A DNA stretch of 64,000 nt from the NCBI GenBank assembly GCA_012295275.1, contig CM022671.1:6448001-6512000 (forward strand). Reading direction: 5' to 3'. Shown here piece by piece: positions 61,400-64,000 of this stretch (within the stretch, counting starts at the first letter, position 1; each line of letters begins with the position of its first letter). The notes under the pieces were generated by a model, which did no database searches, was not told where the DNA came from, and saw only the letters and a list, made by a program, of their open reading frames with translations. Origin of the DNA: Chrysomallon squamiferum (taxonomy: Eukaryota > Animalia > Mollusca). The position numbers and the translations under genes were made by a program.

Positions 61400-61680
61400 T
61401 AACTGTCAGATAACAGGCTCCGACATAACAATATTGTACATAAGAACTGTCAGATAACATCCTCCGACACAACAATATTTTATATAACAACTGTCAGATA
61501 ACAGGCTCCGACACAACAGTATTTTATATAACAACTGTCAGATAACATCCTCCGACACAACAGTCTTTTATATAACAACTGTCAGATAACAGGCTCCGAC
61601 ACAACAATATTTTATATAACAACTGTCAGATAACATCCGCCGACACAACAGTGTTTTATAGAAAAAATGTCAGATAACAT
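61400..61680. repeat. 44-bp minisatellite (about 7 copies, alternating variants) in the Cdc25 copy B 3'UTR
   Basis: ctgtcagataac-aggctc/atcctc-cgaca units alternate. A minus-strand AATAAA lies at 61368-61363. Confidence 0.92.
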
Positions 61681-61721
61681 GAGTATAAAAAATCAAAACA
61701 ATTTCCGTCGACATCAGCATC

Positions 61722-64000
<2,279 letters not shown>

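Overview
AT-rich, microsatellite-rich animal genomic DNA with GT-AG spliceosomal introns. It is invertebrate-like; a mollusc/gastropod origin is my inference only. Genes reconstructed by hand, left to right: the 5' part of mitochondrial citrate carrier SLC25A1 (-; exons 1-2 around a 16-kb intron), tektin-1 (+; 402 aa, RFX X-box promoter), FBXO21 (-; 12 exons, 609 aa), a 60-aa single-TM micro-protein gene head-to-head with FBXO21, two tandem proteasome beta-3 (PSMB3) genes separated by a decayed pogo/Tigger element, and two tandem compact Cdc25 phosphatase genes. One Cdc25 copy has a TAG stop inside the HCEFSSER catalytic loop. The most striking pattern is that the large minisatellites are built from exon/intron junctions. 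The 84-, 30-, 33- and 39-bp arrays each copy a real splice acceptor or donor plus adjacent exon bases about 9 to about 85 times, and all have modal unit lengths divisible by 3. FBXO21 exon 8 is therefore flanked by 4 extra in-frame acceptors and 8 extra in-frame GTAAGT donors. Both duplicated gene pairs show gene-conversion-like tracts. No rRNA, intact tRNA or CRISPR array was seen. Coordinates were counted by hand and copy numbers are approximate.
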